DNA of 64,000 nucleotides from Candidatus Bathyarchaeota archaeon (GTDB lineage Archaea > Thermoproteota > Bathyarchaeia > Bathyarchaeales > Bathycorpusculaceae). The translations under genes and the position numbers were made by a program. How positions within the stretch are numbered: position 1 is the stretch's first letter; each line of letters starts with the position of its first letter. Location: positions 288,001-352,000 of the forward strand of contig CAVYES010000006.1 of the NCBI GenBank assembly GCA_963767735.1, in the 5' to 3' direction. A model generated the notes under the pieces. The model searched no databases and was not told the origin of the DNA. It saw only the letters and a program-made list of their open reading frames with translations. Positions 41,477-50,283 of this stretch are shown here, one piece after another.

Positions 41477-42268
41477 TCAAACACCAAAAACCTTTTTTGC
41501 TAACTCATCAATAATTGGCGCGATTTTTGGGGCTATCCAGCTTGCGTTTTCTTTAATCCACGTCCATAGTTTTTTGATTTTGCCTTCATCTGGTTCTTTG
41601 TTTTGAAGTTCTTTTTCCAAGGTTTTCAAGTTTTTCTTAATTTCTTCTTTTTGGTCAGGCAAAACATTAGTTTTTTTGTCCACCAACTCGTAAGATTGTT
41701 TGAAAATGTTGTTTACCCGTATATTGAAGTCTTCTTTTGATTCGACTGCCTGAGTTAAGCTTCCATAGTTGTTTCCCTGTACAAATTGTATTGCGATTTG
41801 CTTAAAAGGAAAATTTTCTAAAGAATCAAGTTCATTATTAAGGTATTTTACCAGAAAATCCGCGTTAGCTCCTCCAAGTTTGGATTTAAGAGATTCTATG
41901 TTTACGGTGCTTCCCTTAATTTTAGATAAATCCGCCGTAATTGAGTCTAATCCTTCGCGAAGTTCCGTTGTTTCATTAAACAGAAAAAGCAAAGCTTCAA
42001 GATTGGAAAAAAAACTTGCCATGATAGAGCGATAGAAACGAAAAGCTACCTTCTCATTCAAGGGCATAAGAGAAATAGCTTCGTCTATCACACGCAGAAA
42101 TTTCTGACTCGTTAAGTCTATAGCTTTGAGTTTTTCATCCAATGTCAAGGTGAGCTCTGTCTCATCGAGTTTGTTTCTTAACAGGTCTAATTCGGTATGC
42201 ATGGAATCAAATTTCTTATTCCATTCTTCGACAAATTTTCTCTTCTCATCGTTTCCTAAACTTTCCAT
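41477..42268 (-). CDS. Hypothetical helical protein with C-terminus similar to 40415..41074
   Basis: aggtgag RBS; QGNNYGSLTQ; ELQNKEPDEGKIKKLW. Confidence 0.75.
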   Translation of the reverse strand: MESLGNDEKRKFVEEWNKKFDSMHTELDLLRNKLDETELTLTLDEKLKAIDLTSQKFLRVIDEAISLMPLNEKVAFRFYRSIMASFFSNLEALLFLFNETTELREGLDSITADLSKIKGSTVNIESLKSKLGGANADFLVKYLNNELDSLENFPFKQIAIQFVQGNNYGSLTQAVESKEDFNIRVNNIFKQSYELVDKKTNVLPDQKEEIKKNLKTLEKELQNKEPDEGKIKKLWTWIKENASWIAPKIAPIIDELAKKVFGV

Positions 42269-42386
42269 GAATTACTCACCTTTAGCTTAGGCATTGCTAA
42301 TGTAGAGTATGATGTGAATTTAAGACCTCCTACTCACGTCACTATACAGCATTTTTAATTGAATTCCACACTTCGAGATTTTTTGC

Positions 42387-42588
42387 AAGGGGTAATTTTC
42401 CTTATATTTTTTACCCCAATAATATTAATCTAAGTTAATTTAACGAGGGGTAAGTTTTACTATGTTTTTTACTCCTCATACCATAACCTAACTATCGTTA
42501 TTATTATTTAGCCAACACCAGTAGCCACTATCTAACACCCAAACTTCACCGTCGTAAAGTGTGTGTGTGGGACTAAATTTTAGTCCCA
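42387..42588. repeat. Non-coding module copy B
   Basis: Two palindromic units (42387, 42445), C-rich spacer, gtgtgtgtg, then perfect palindrome tgggactaaa-t-tttagtccca (42568-42588). Confidence 0.85.
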
Positions 42589-42738
42589 AACCCTCTACAA
42601 GTTCCCCACTCGGAAAACCCTCACATCCCTTCGCCGCCTCCTAATTTGATTTATGTTTCAAGCGCGCTCGCGCTATCTTGGATAATATGAAAAAGTTTAG
42701 GAGTGTGGGAGTTTATTTATTCATTGGAAGCTTAGAAC

Positions 42739-42906
42739 ATGAGTTTTAAATGTGAATTATGCGGTGGACAAACCAAGAAAATTTACGAAACTGAAACAAA
42801 AGAGTTCTGGAAATGTGAGAAACACCACACAGTCAAAGAAAAAGATGGAAAGGTAAAAAATGTTGAGACCACTGTTTTTATGGTTCCGAAACCGAAAAAG
42901 TCTTGA
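42739..42906 (+). CDS. Small zinc-finger protein (55 aa), missing from the ORF track
   Basis: MSFKCELCGGQTKKIYETETKEFWKCEKHH... CxxC plus CxxH. Confidence 0.55.
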   Translation: MSFKCELCGGQTKKIYETETKEFWKCEKHHTVKEKDGKVKNVETTVFMVPKPKKS

Positions 42907-43021
42907 TTTCTTTTCTTTTTGAAATATAACGTTGTCATGTAATTGACGATAGCAAAGTAAACTGGAATTTAAATAAAAAGGAAAATTATTTTTGTTATGT
43001 TTGCTATCCCCAGAAGAATAA

Positions 43022-43150
43022 CTATTTCTTTTCTTCAGGTTTTACCGGTGCCTGCGCTTTAGGCTTACGTTTAAATTTGTTTTCTATCTTTTTGACATCT
43101 TCTTTAAGCTCAACTTTAACGGATTCTTTTTTAGGTTTTTCAGCTGACAT
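43022..43150 (-). CDS. Small Lys-rich protein (42 aa), missing from the ORF track
   Basis: Strong gaggtga RBS 6 nt upstream of the ATG; MSAEKPKKESVKVELKEDVKKIENKFKRKPKAQAPVKPEEKK. Confidence 0.55.
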   Translation of the reverse strand: MSAEKPKKESVKVELKEDVKKIENKFKRKPKAQAPVKPEEKK

Positions 43151-43283
43151 GTTTTTTCACCTCTGTCAACTGTTACTTTAAACTAATTCCTTAATTTAAA
43201 GGAATTAAGTAGGCATATACTCGATTCCTACTATAACTATACCTTAACCTTATGTGATATGTATAACCTGAACCGAGTAAAAC

Positions 43284-43679
43284 TCATTGTTTTTTAATCA
43301 ATGGACTTAGGTGCTCTACGAACTTCTGATAATTAGTTCCTTTAAGCTTTCTCTTCGTTTTCAAGCTGTCAATTCTGTAGCATGTGAAAACATACCTTTT
43401 TCCATCGAAGTCAATAGCAATTTCCTCTTTTAATCCGCCACAGACTTTGCAGTGAGCATCTTTACCCTTTAGTTTGCGAGATATTGATTTTATAACTCTT
43501 GCAAGGTTTTTTCCTACCTCTTGAAGTTCCAACTCTTCCTCGGAGATTGACTTACGTTTAGGATTTGACACGCTCAATTCTTCGACAATTTCTGCACCTA
43601 ATCTATATTTACTAAACCATTTTGGATTAACTCTTGTCATGTCAACAAGGTTTACGCTATGTTCCTCGTGCATTTCCAA
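43284..43679 (-). CDS. Hypothetical protein
   Basis: 131-aa ORF with aggcga RBS-like element; contains CKVC. Confidence 0.55.
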   Translation of the reverse strand: MEMHEEHSVNLVDMTRVNPKWFSKYRLGAEIVEELSVSNPKRKSISEEELELQEVGKNLARVIKSISRKLKGKDAHCKVCGGLKEEIAIDFDGKRYVFTCYRIDSLKTKRKLKGTNYQKFVEHLSPLIKKQ

Positions 43680-43861
43680 TTGTATCGCCTATACCATTAT
43701 TACACTTTGATTTCAACTATTAAGAGTTCTAAATGTCCCTAAATTAAGCACTGTTCCCAAAGCTTAAAGCTCATCTTGGGGGTCGGTCGGTCATTAAATT
43801 TTTAAGCCAACCAGAATGAAAACTTCTTGAATTGGATTAACAATTATTTTTTTCTCAAAAT

Positions 43862-43930
43862 AATGTATGTCCTAATGAAATGTATGTCTCAATAAAATGT
43901 ATGTCCTAACTTTTAATTAGCACATACATT
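43862..43930. repeat. Iteron-like cluster: three direct AATGTATGTCYYAA copies plus one inverted copy
   Basis: Direct copies at 43862, 43879 and 43896 (17-bp period); inverted ttagcacatacatt at 43917-43930. Confidence 0.85.
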
Positions 43931-43967
43931 ATCTTACCTACCTACCTATACCTTAGAAAAGAATTGA

Positions 43968-44058
43968 TTATTATTTTTAGCCAACACCTGTAGCCTCTAC
44001 ATAGCACCCTAAACTTCAGAAAGGTAATAGTGTGTGTGTGGGGACTAAATTTTAATCT
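43968..44058. repeat. Non-coding module copy C (spacer plus GTGTGTGTGGGGACTAAATTTTAATCT)
   Basis: ttagccaacacc.gtagcc.cta..ta.caccc-aaacttca is shared with 42498-42548; the end motif is shared with 39320-39345. Confidence 0.85.
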
Positions 44059-44088
44059 AAATTTTAATCCAACCAACCAGCGCGCTGC

Positions 44089-45180
44089 CTTGTCCCGATA
44101 TTACGTGTTGAAATACGTTGGTGACACCGCTTTATCGTATCTTCCAATGTTTTGAGCTGCTTCTCTGTTCAGAACCAGGCAAAGTACGCTAAACAGGGCA
44201 TAAGATGCAACTTGCTTCAAGCCTCTAACTTTGTTTACGGTTAGGCTATACTGTGTCTTCAAAAAGCTGAAGACCGCCTCCACATGTGGCCTTTTGTGAT
44301 ACTCCTTTTTCTGGTCTTCCGGTCCATAAGCTCGAAACTTCCGATCCACCCTCAGCAATCCCGCCACGTCCCGTTTCTGGTTTGAACGATACGGAATCAC
44401 CGTTGCGTCAACAGCATCTCTGAGTTTGCCATCACTATACTGGCTGTCAGCTATCACACTTCTCAATTTTGCCTTAGACTGTTTGAGAATCATCTTCGTC
44501 TTATCCAGCAGGTTCAATGAGTGTTTCTGCTCGTTCTGATTGGCCGAAGCGAAAGTGCAAGCCAAAGGAAGCATAGTTGCAGAATCGATAGCTATGTGAA
44601 GTTTGTAGCCGAGCCCGAATGATCTGCCTGTGCGTCCGACTCTGGCTTCTCTGTCTGAATAGCCTCTGCGGTTATCTAACGGATCGCGTGTGCTCCAAGC
44701 ATCTACAAAGGAAGCGTCAAAGATGGAATCGATCTCTCCTGCACCGTTTTGTTTCGAGAGCTTGACAACTTTCTCGTCTATTATGTTGATGAGGCGGGTT
44801 TCTCCGACTTTTCGGATGAACCTGCTCAGGACACTTCGGGAGTAGCCTTTTTCGGCTGTTTTGATGAGGCATAGTCTTCTTAGCCTTTGGTCTGTGTCGA
44901 GTAGTCTGGTCATTTCTCTTAGGCTGCGAACGCCTCTCATTTTCATGACAATGAAGGTTCTGAAAAGTCCCATTGGGTTTCTGGGTGGTCTGCCTGGGCC
45001 GTCGGTGTGGAAGCAACTGAGCAGGGCGGTTTTGGCAAAGCTTAAGTCTACGTTTCGGAAAAGGGTTTCTAGGGTCTCGTGTTCATCTTGTCCCGCTTGG
45101 GGTCACCTCCTAAGCTTGGACGTTTACTCAAAAATACGAGACCCCAACTCAAACATAAACGTTAGGAATTTTGGGACAAG
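44089..45180 (-). mobile_element. Insertion sequence (DDE, IS4/IS5/IS1182-like), 1092 bp
   Basis: Terminal IRs cttgtcccgatatt / aattttgggacaag (12/14); 12-bp TSD ccagcgcgctgc at 44077-44088 and 45181-45192. Confidence 0.92.
44101..44973 (-). CDS. DDE transposase (DUF772 + DDE_Tnp_1-like)
   Basis: FDAS, GYKLH, ADSQY, Y..R..VEAVFS.LK motifs; frame stays open upstream through a GRPP motif. Confidence 0.92.
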   Translation of the reverse strand: MGLFRTFIVMKMRGVRSLREMTRLLDTDQRLRRLCLIKTAEKGYSRSVLSRFIRKVGETRLINIIDEKVVKLSKQNGAGEIDSIFDASFVDAWSTRDPLDNRRGYSDREARVGRTGRSFGLGYKLHIAIDSATMLPLACTFASANQNEQKHSLNLLDKTKMILKQSKAKLRSVIADSQYSDGKLRDAVDATVIPYRSNQKRDVAGLLRVDRKFRAYGPEDQKKEYHKRPHVEAVFSFLKTQYSLTVNKVRGLKQVASYALFSVLCLVLNREAAQNIGRYDKAVSPTYFNT

Positions 45181-45192
45181 CCAGCGCGCTGC

Positions 45193-45423
45193 CTATATTT
45201 TACCGCCTTGTTTACGAATTTGTTGCTTTACTTCTTCAATTTCTGCTTCCAAATTTAATTGGCGTTGCTGCGATTCTGCAAAGAAATTATGCTCTTGGCC
45301 ATCTTCTGCTTCAGCATCCAATTCCTTTTGCTGGTCCTCGCCATACTCATAATTTTCAACGTGGTCAAGTTGTTTTCGCAAATTTGCAATGTTCTTTATG
45401 GTTGTTAGGAGATTTGGGCACAT
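45193..45423 (-). CDS. Hypothetical coiled-coil protein
   Basis: 76-aa acidic, coiled-coil-like ORF ending next to the IS target site. Confidence 0.4.
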   Translation of the reverse strand: MCPNLLTTIKNIANLRKQLDHVENYEYGEDQQKELDAEAEDGQEHNFFAESQQRQLNLEAEIEEVKQQIRKQGGKI

Positions 45424-45499
45424 AGCGCATTATTAATTTGAAGTTCTATTTAGATTTTGATGGCATTTGGTAGATAGTGTTTCTAAAGAGAAGCGCGTT

Positions 45500-45660
45500 A
45501 TAGCAGTTGAAGCAGCAAAAACGCAGTGCAAATGAAAAAGGAAATCGACGGAGGGGACTTGCAGACTCCATAGTCTACGCTACAGGAGTGATCAAAAAAG
45601 CAGATGTTGTTACAGGCGATGAGCATTTCAAAAAACTTGAAGGCGTGCTATTCATAAATA
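45500..45660 (+). pseudogene. 3' fragment of vapC (copy of 54092..54481 and 61776..62165)
   Basis: GLADSIVYATGVIKKADVVTGDEHFKKLEGVLFI matches the paralogues; 5' part absent. Confidence 0.85.
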
Positions 45661-45801
45661 ACCACCTGAGAAAACCAACCACTGGCGAGCGAGACAAGTT
45701 ACTCGGGGAAACTCATGACTGAACTCTTCGCATCGCCCTAGCTGGAAGAAGAATCATTCAACAATAGTTCGCTGCTACAATCGAAGGAAAATGAATCTTA
45801 G

Positions 45802-46197
45802 TTATTTCCATGCCCAGACTTTGAGACTGTATTCTCCGTTTTCTTCGGATTCAAGTTCCCAAACGCCGACGGTTTTGTTTAGGTTTGCGAGTTTGGGCGA
45901 GCTTGTCATGAAATAGCAGGCTCCTCTGTAGCTTGATTTCCAGCCTTTGCCGGTTGGCCAGCCTATTCCGTTGATTTTTGTCATTACTGTGTCTCCTTCT
46001 GGCGTCATGAGCATGCCGTTTGCATCTGCCATGAATACTCCGTTTGGCATCATTGTTGAAACTCCTGTATCCGCTACTGTGGCTTCTTTTCCAAAGATGG
46101 TGCCTGCTCCAGAATGTGACACTTCTACTTTTCCTTCTGCAAGAACTCGAATTCCCGTGGTTTTACCTTTTATTTCAAATATTAATTCACCAATCAA
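45802..46197 (-). CDS. Hypothetical beta-rich protein, copy 1
   Basis: Near-identical to 54620..55015; aaggtga RBS upstream. Confidence 0.8.
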   Translation of the reverse strand: MIGELIFEIKGKTTGIRVLAEGKVEVSHSGAGTIFGKEATVADTGVSTMMPNGVFMADANGMLMTPEGDTVMTKINGIGWPTGKGWKSSYRGACYFMTSSPKLANLNKTVGVWELESEENGEYSLKVWAWK

Positions 46198-46387
46198 AAC
46201 AATTTCACCTTGAAACAGGGATTTTGTTGAAGTTTATTAGAATATGTGACTGAAAGATAGTAGTCACAGCAGCAGCCCATATATCTCATCAAATTGCTAA
46301 AAGACTTAAAATAAAATCAATCAGACCATAAAGTATATTTGGAAAGCAAAAAAAAGAAAGGGCTTTAGAGTGACATCTCCACACAGA

Positions 46388-46411
46388 CAGGGTTCAAATT
46401 CTCCGCTGGTT
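46388..46411 (+). other. Degenerate tRNA 3' fragment (T-arm plus acceptor strand, tRNA-Cys-like)
   Basis: cagggTTCAAATtctc-cgctggt; acceptor strand complementary to the gccagc 5' end at 55090. Confidence 0.5.
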
Positions 46412-46621
46412 ATCAATTTATTTTTCATTGGACCTTTAAATAAATTTAAGCTGAAATCCAAACGAATACCTTATCAAACCCTAAACAAAAAGAACAACCC
46501 CCAATAGTTCTTCCCACAATTATTTTACTTGCTAACTACATACTTTAGAGTAAGAAATTAATTATTTGTTTTAACTATAACTGTAATAATTCAAAGTACA
46601 TAGTAAAGAAGGATACTGCAA

Positions 46622-49216
46622 ATGAACTTGAACAATTTTACAATTAAATCGCAAGAAGCCATTCAGAAGGCCACCGAGATTGCTTTGGCAAAACAGAGCC
46701 AATCAATTGAGCCTTCACATTTGTTGAAAGGCATATTGATGGTTGACGAAAACGTGGTTCCCTATTTACTTAGGAAACTAAATGTTAACCTCGAAGTTTT
46801 TTTAAAGCAACTTGATGTACTAATTGATTCCTTGCCTCAAGTTAGTGGAGGAGGCGAACAGTACCTTTCATCTAATTCTAATCGGGCTCTTCAGAAGGCG
46901 GAGGAAATTGCTTCAGAATTCAAGGATGAATTCATTTCCATCGAGCATCTTTGGCTGGCTATTTTATCGTTAAATGATGATGCTTCGAGATTGCTTCAGA
47001 GTAATGGGGTTAACGACAAGGATTTGAGGGCAGCTATCAAGCAGCTACGAAAAGGATCAACTGTTAATTCTCAAACTGCAGAAGAGACCTACAATGCATT
47101 GAACAAATTTGCAATTAACCTAAATGAAATGGCTAAAAAAGGGAAACTTGATCCTGTTATTGGGCGCGACGAGGAAATCCGAAGAGTCCTACAGATTCTT
47201 TCGCGAAGAACAAAAAATAATCCAATTCTGATCGGAGAGCCAGGTGTTGGCAAAACAGCAATAGCAGAAGGATTAGCACACCGCATAATCGATGGAGATG
47301 TACCTGAGAATCTGAAATCAAAACAAATCTACTCCCTCGACATGAGCGCGCTCATCGCCGGTGCAAAATTCAAAGGCGAATTTGAAGAGCGATTGAAAAG
47401 CGTTGTCAAGGAAGTTGTTTCAGCTGAAGGCGAAATCGTGCTATTCATAGACGAGATTCACACACTCGTCGGAGCGGGCGGCGGCGAAGGAGCAATGGAC
47501 GCAGCCAACATTCTAAAACCCGCATTAGCAAAAGGCGAACTACGCGCAATCGGTGCCACTACACTGAATGAATACCAGAAATATTTTGAAAAAGACAAAG
47601 CTCTCGAAAGACGCTTCCAAAAAGTCATGGTTAATGAACCAGACACATTGGACGCCATTTCCATTCTTCGAGGTCTAAAAGAGCGGTATGAAACATATCA
47701 TCATGTCAGAATCAAAGATGAAGCCATAATTGCAGCTGTGGACCTTTCACAGAAATATATTTCCGACCGTTTCCTTCCAGACAAAGCAATTGACTTGATA
47801 GATGAGGCAGCATCGAAACTTCGACTTGAAATAGATTCCGCTCCTGAAGAACTCGAGATCATAGAGCGCAAGATTCGGCAGTTAGAGATTGAACGTGAAG
47901 CCATTAAACGTGAGAAGGATGAAGTGAAACTAAAATCGCTAAATCATGAGATAGCGAACCTTAGCGAAAAACGCAATCAGCTACGAGCTAAGTGGCAGTC
48001 TGAAAAAGAAATAGTGGACCAGATCCAAATAAAAAAGAATGAAATTGAAAAACTTAAATTTGAAGATGAAAAGGCAAACCGCGTTGGTGATCTTGGACAG
48101 GTCGCAGAAATTCGCTACGGCAGAATTCCCGAAGCAGAAAAAACAATTAAGACTCTGGAGAAAAAACTCTCGGAAATTCAGAAAGATTCACCGATGGTTA
48201 ATGAAGAAGTTGATGCAGAAGAAATTGCCGAAGTGGTTTCCCGATGGACAGGTATCCCAGTTAGCAGAATGCTTCAGAGTGAAAAACAAAAGTTGCTTAA
48301 CATAGAAACCGAGCTTCATATGCGGGTTGTCGGGCAGGATGAAGCAATCAGTGCTGTTGCGGATGCTATTAGGAGAAACCGTGCGGGTTTGCAGGATCCA
48401 AAACGGCCAATAGGCTCTTTTATCTTCTTAGGCACAACGGGGGTTGGAAAAACCGAGTTAGCAAAAGCTTTAGCTGAATTACTATTCAATAATGAAAACA
48501 ACATGGTCAGAATTGACATGTCGGAGTATCAAGAGCGTCATACTGTTTCAAGACTTATTGGCGCACCTCCTGGATACGTGGGTTATGAAGAAAGTGGACA
48601 GCTAACCGAGGCGATTAGAAGAAAACCTTATTCTGTGGTGCTTCTTGACGAGATTGAAAAGGCACATCCCGACGTTTTCAATATACTGCTTCAAGTGCTA
48701 GACGATGGGCGATTGACGGATAACAAGGGTCGAACTGTTGATTTCAAAAATACCATAATCATAATGACCTCAAACATCGGTTCTCATATAATTCAAGAAA
48801 ACCTGGAAAAAATAAATGAAGATAACCGCGAAGAAATCATAAATCAAACACGGCAACAAGTTTTTGATTTACTGAAAAAGACCATTAAGCCAGAATTCCT
48901 GAACCGCATCGACGAGATTATCATGTTTAATTCGTTGACACATGACGAAGTGCGCAAAATAGTAGAACTTCAACTAAAAAACATCCAGAAGATGCTTGAA
49001 AAAAACAGCATCAAACTAACATTCACCAAAAAAGCAGTGGATTTTATAGCCACAATCGGCTACGACCCTCAATTCGGCGCAAGACCAATAAAACGAGTAA
49101 TCCAAAAAAACGTCTTAAATGAATTGTCAAAAATGATCTTAGAAGAAAAAGTCGACAAAAACTCAGCAATTGTGGTCGATGTGAAGAACGGGCAGATGGC
49201 ATTTATCAACAAATAA
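46622..49216 (+). CDS. clpB: ATP-dependent chaperone ClpB
   Basis: [28 protein letters not shown], coiled-coil M domain, [21 protein letters not shown]. Confidence 0.97.
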   Translation: MNLNNFTIKSQEAIQKATEIALAKQSQSIEPSHLLKGILMVDENVVPYLLRKLNVNLEVFLKQLDVLIDSLPQVSGGGEQYLSSNSNRALQKAEEIASEFKDEFISIEHLWLAILSLNDDASRLLQSNGVNDKDLRAAIKQLRKGSTVNSQTAEETYNALNKFAINLNEMAKKGKLDPVIGRDEEIRRVLQILSRRTKNNPILIGEPGVGKTAIAEGLAHRIIDGDVPENLKSKQIYSLDMSALIAGAKFKGEFEERLKSVVKEVVSAEGEIVLFIDEIHTLVGAGGGEGAMDAANILKPALAKGELRAIGATTLNEYQKYFEKDKALERRFQKVMVNEPDTLDAISILRGLKERYETYHHVRIKDEAIIAAVDLSQKYISDRFLPDKAIDLIDEAASKLRLEIDSAPEELEIIERKIRQLEIEREAIKREKDEVKLKSLNHEIANLSEKRNQLRAKWQSEKEIVDQIQIKKNEIEKLKFEDEKANRVGDLGQVAEIRYGRIPEAEKTIKTLEKKLSEIQKDSPMVNEEVDAEEIAEVVSRWTGIPVSRMLQSEKQKLLNIETELHMRVVGQDEAISAVADAIRRNRAGLQDPKRPIGSFIFLGTTGVGKTELAKALAELLFNNENNMVRIDMSEYQERHTVSRLIGAPPGYVGYEESGQLTEAIRRKPYSVVLLDEIEKAHPDVFNILLQVLDDGRLTDNKGRTVDFKNTIIIMTSNIGSHIIQENLEKINEDNREEIINQTRQQVFDLLKKTIKPEFLNRIDEIIMFNSLTHDEVRKIVELQLKNIQKMLEKNSIKLTFTKKAVDFIATIGYDPQFGARPIKRVIQKNVLNELSKMILEEKVDKNSAIVVDVKNGQMAFINK

Positions 49217-49480
49217 CAAATAATTTCAACTCGAAAGCAGTCTCAAGCCCTTTTTTCTTTAAAATCAAACTTAACAATTCTAAACCTTTATTGACCGTTC
49301 TCAGCCTATGTTGACCAGTATAATCCGCGCTAAATTATCTAAAAAATAAGAGAAAAAATTGCCCCTGCGAAAATTGCCGGCTAAAGCTAAACGCCTATTT
49401 TGGCATTTGGAGGGTTTGAGAAACCAAGAACGTTGAAAAAAGGTCATAAAAGAATAAAACCTATCTAAACTTACTTTGTC

Positions 49481-49508
49481 TGGGGTTCAAATCCCTTCCC
49501 GCTCGCCA
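49481..49508 (+). other. Degenerate tRNA 3' fragment (tRNA-Cys-like)
   Basis: ggggTTCAAATcccttcccgctcgcca; similar to 46388-46411 on the other side of clpB. Confidence 0.5.
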
Positions 49509-49582
49509 AACGCTCTGTTTGATTTTGGGCAATAAGCCTTTAGTAATAGTTTTTACTCATTGACATAACATCGGGTGGGTTC

Positions 49583-49795
49583 ATGAAATTCGGTGTTGTT
49601 GTTGAGAAAGATGAAGACGGATACTATGTCGCTTCAGTTCCGGAGTTGCCAGGCTGCCATACTCAAGCTAAAACCCTTGATGAGGTTATGAAAAGAATCA
49701 AGGAAGCCATTGAGGCATGTTTGGAGGTTGAAGGATTAAAAAGCCAGGGACGCACCGAACTTGTCGGGGTTCAATTCGTCGAGGTTCAAGCCTAA
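49583..49795 (+). CDS. hicB: HicB-family antitoxin
   Basis: YVASVPELPGCHTQAKTLDE...IKEAI. Confidence 0.93.
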   Translation: MKFGVVVEKDEDGYYVASVPELPGCHTQAKTLDEVMKRIKEAIEACLEVEGLKSQGRTELVGVQFVEVQA

Positions 49796-50017
49796 ATGAG
49801 TTTGAAGCCTCAACCGCCTCAAAAAGTGATTAAAGCTCTATCAAAATTGGGTTTTAAGGTTGTAAGAAAACATGGCAGTCACGTCGTTCTCAAGCATCCA
49901 GATGGCAGGTTAACTGTTGTTCCCGTTCATTCTGGGGAAGATATAGGAATCGGGCTGCTGAATAAAATAATTAAAGACACTGGATTATCCAAAGAGGAAT
50001 TTTTAGCGGTACTTTAG
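49796..50017 (+). CDS. hicA: HicA-family toxin
   Basis: LGF...RKHGSH...HPDGR..VVPVH...GLL..I. Confidence 0.93.
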   Translation: MSLKPQPPQKVIKALSKLGFKVVRKHGSHVVLKHPDGRLTVVPVHSGEDIGIGLLNKIIKDTGLSKEEFLAVL

Positions 50018-50166
50018 GAGCATCACCTCGCAGCGGGAAATATCATCGGGCACCTGTATCTGACACATATCCAAGCTTGATTGTTTTTCCATTATTTTTA
50101 TTTGGTTTGGTAGACCGGTTATGGATAGGTGGGCGAAGGTTGAGTCTTTGGTTGCGCTGTGCCAGT

Positions 50167-50245
50167 GTTCTTCATCAGAAGATACATAAACTATCGTTCC
50201 CCTGCACTTAACTCAACGAGATTGACTGTAGTGTCAAAAATCGCT
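50167..50245 (+). repeat. ~80-bp dispersed repeat (copy at 58244-58323; weaker copy at ~55150-55200)
   Basis: gttcttcatcag.agatac.taaactatcgtt-cccctgcacttaactcaacga.attgactgta.tgtcaaaaatcgct. Confidence 0.85.
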
Positions 50246-50283
50246 GGGCTTTTAGTCAAATAAAGGAATGGCTTTTATAATCA

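Noticed and set aside
44717-45425. Additional ORFs overlapping the IS
   Set aside because: Alternative-frame or antisense shadows of the transposase and its flank
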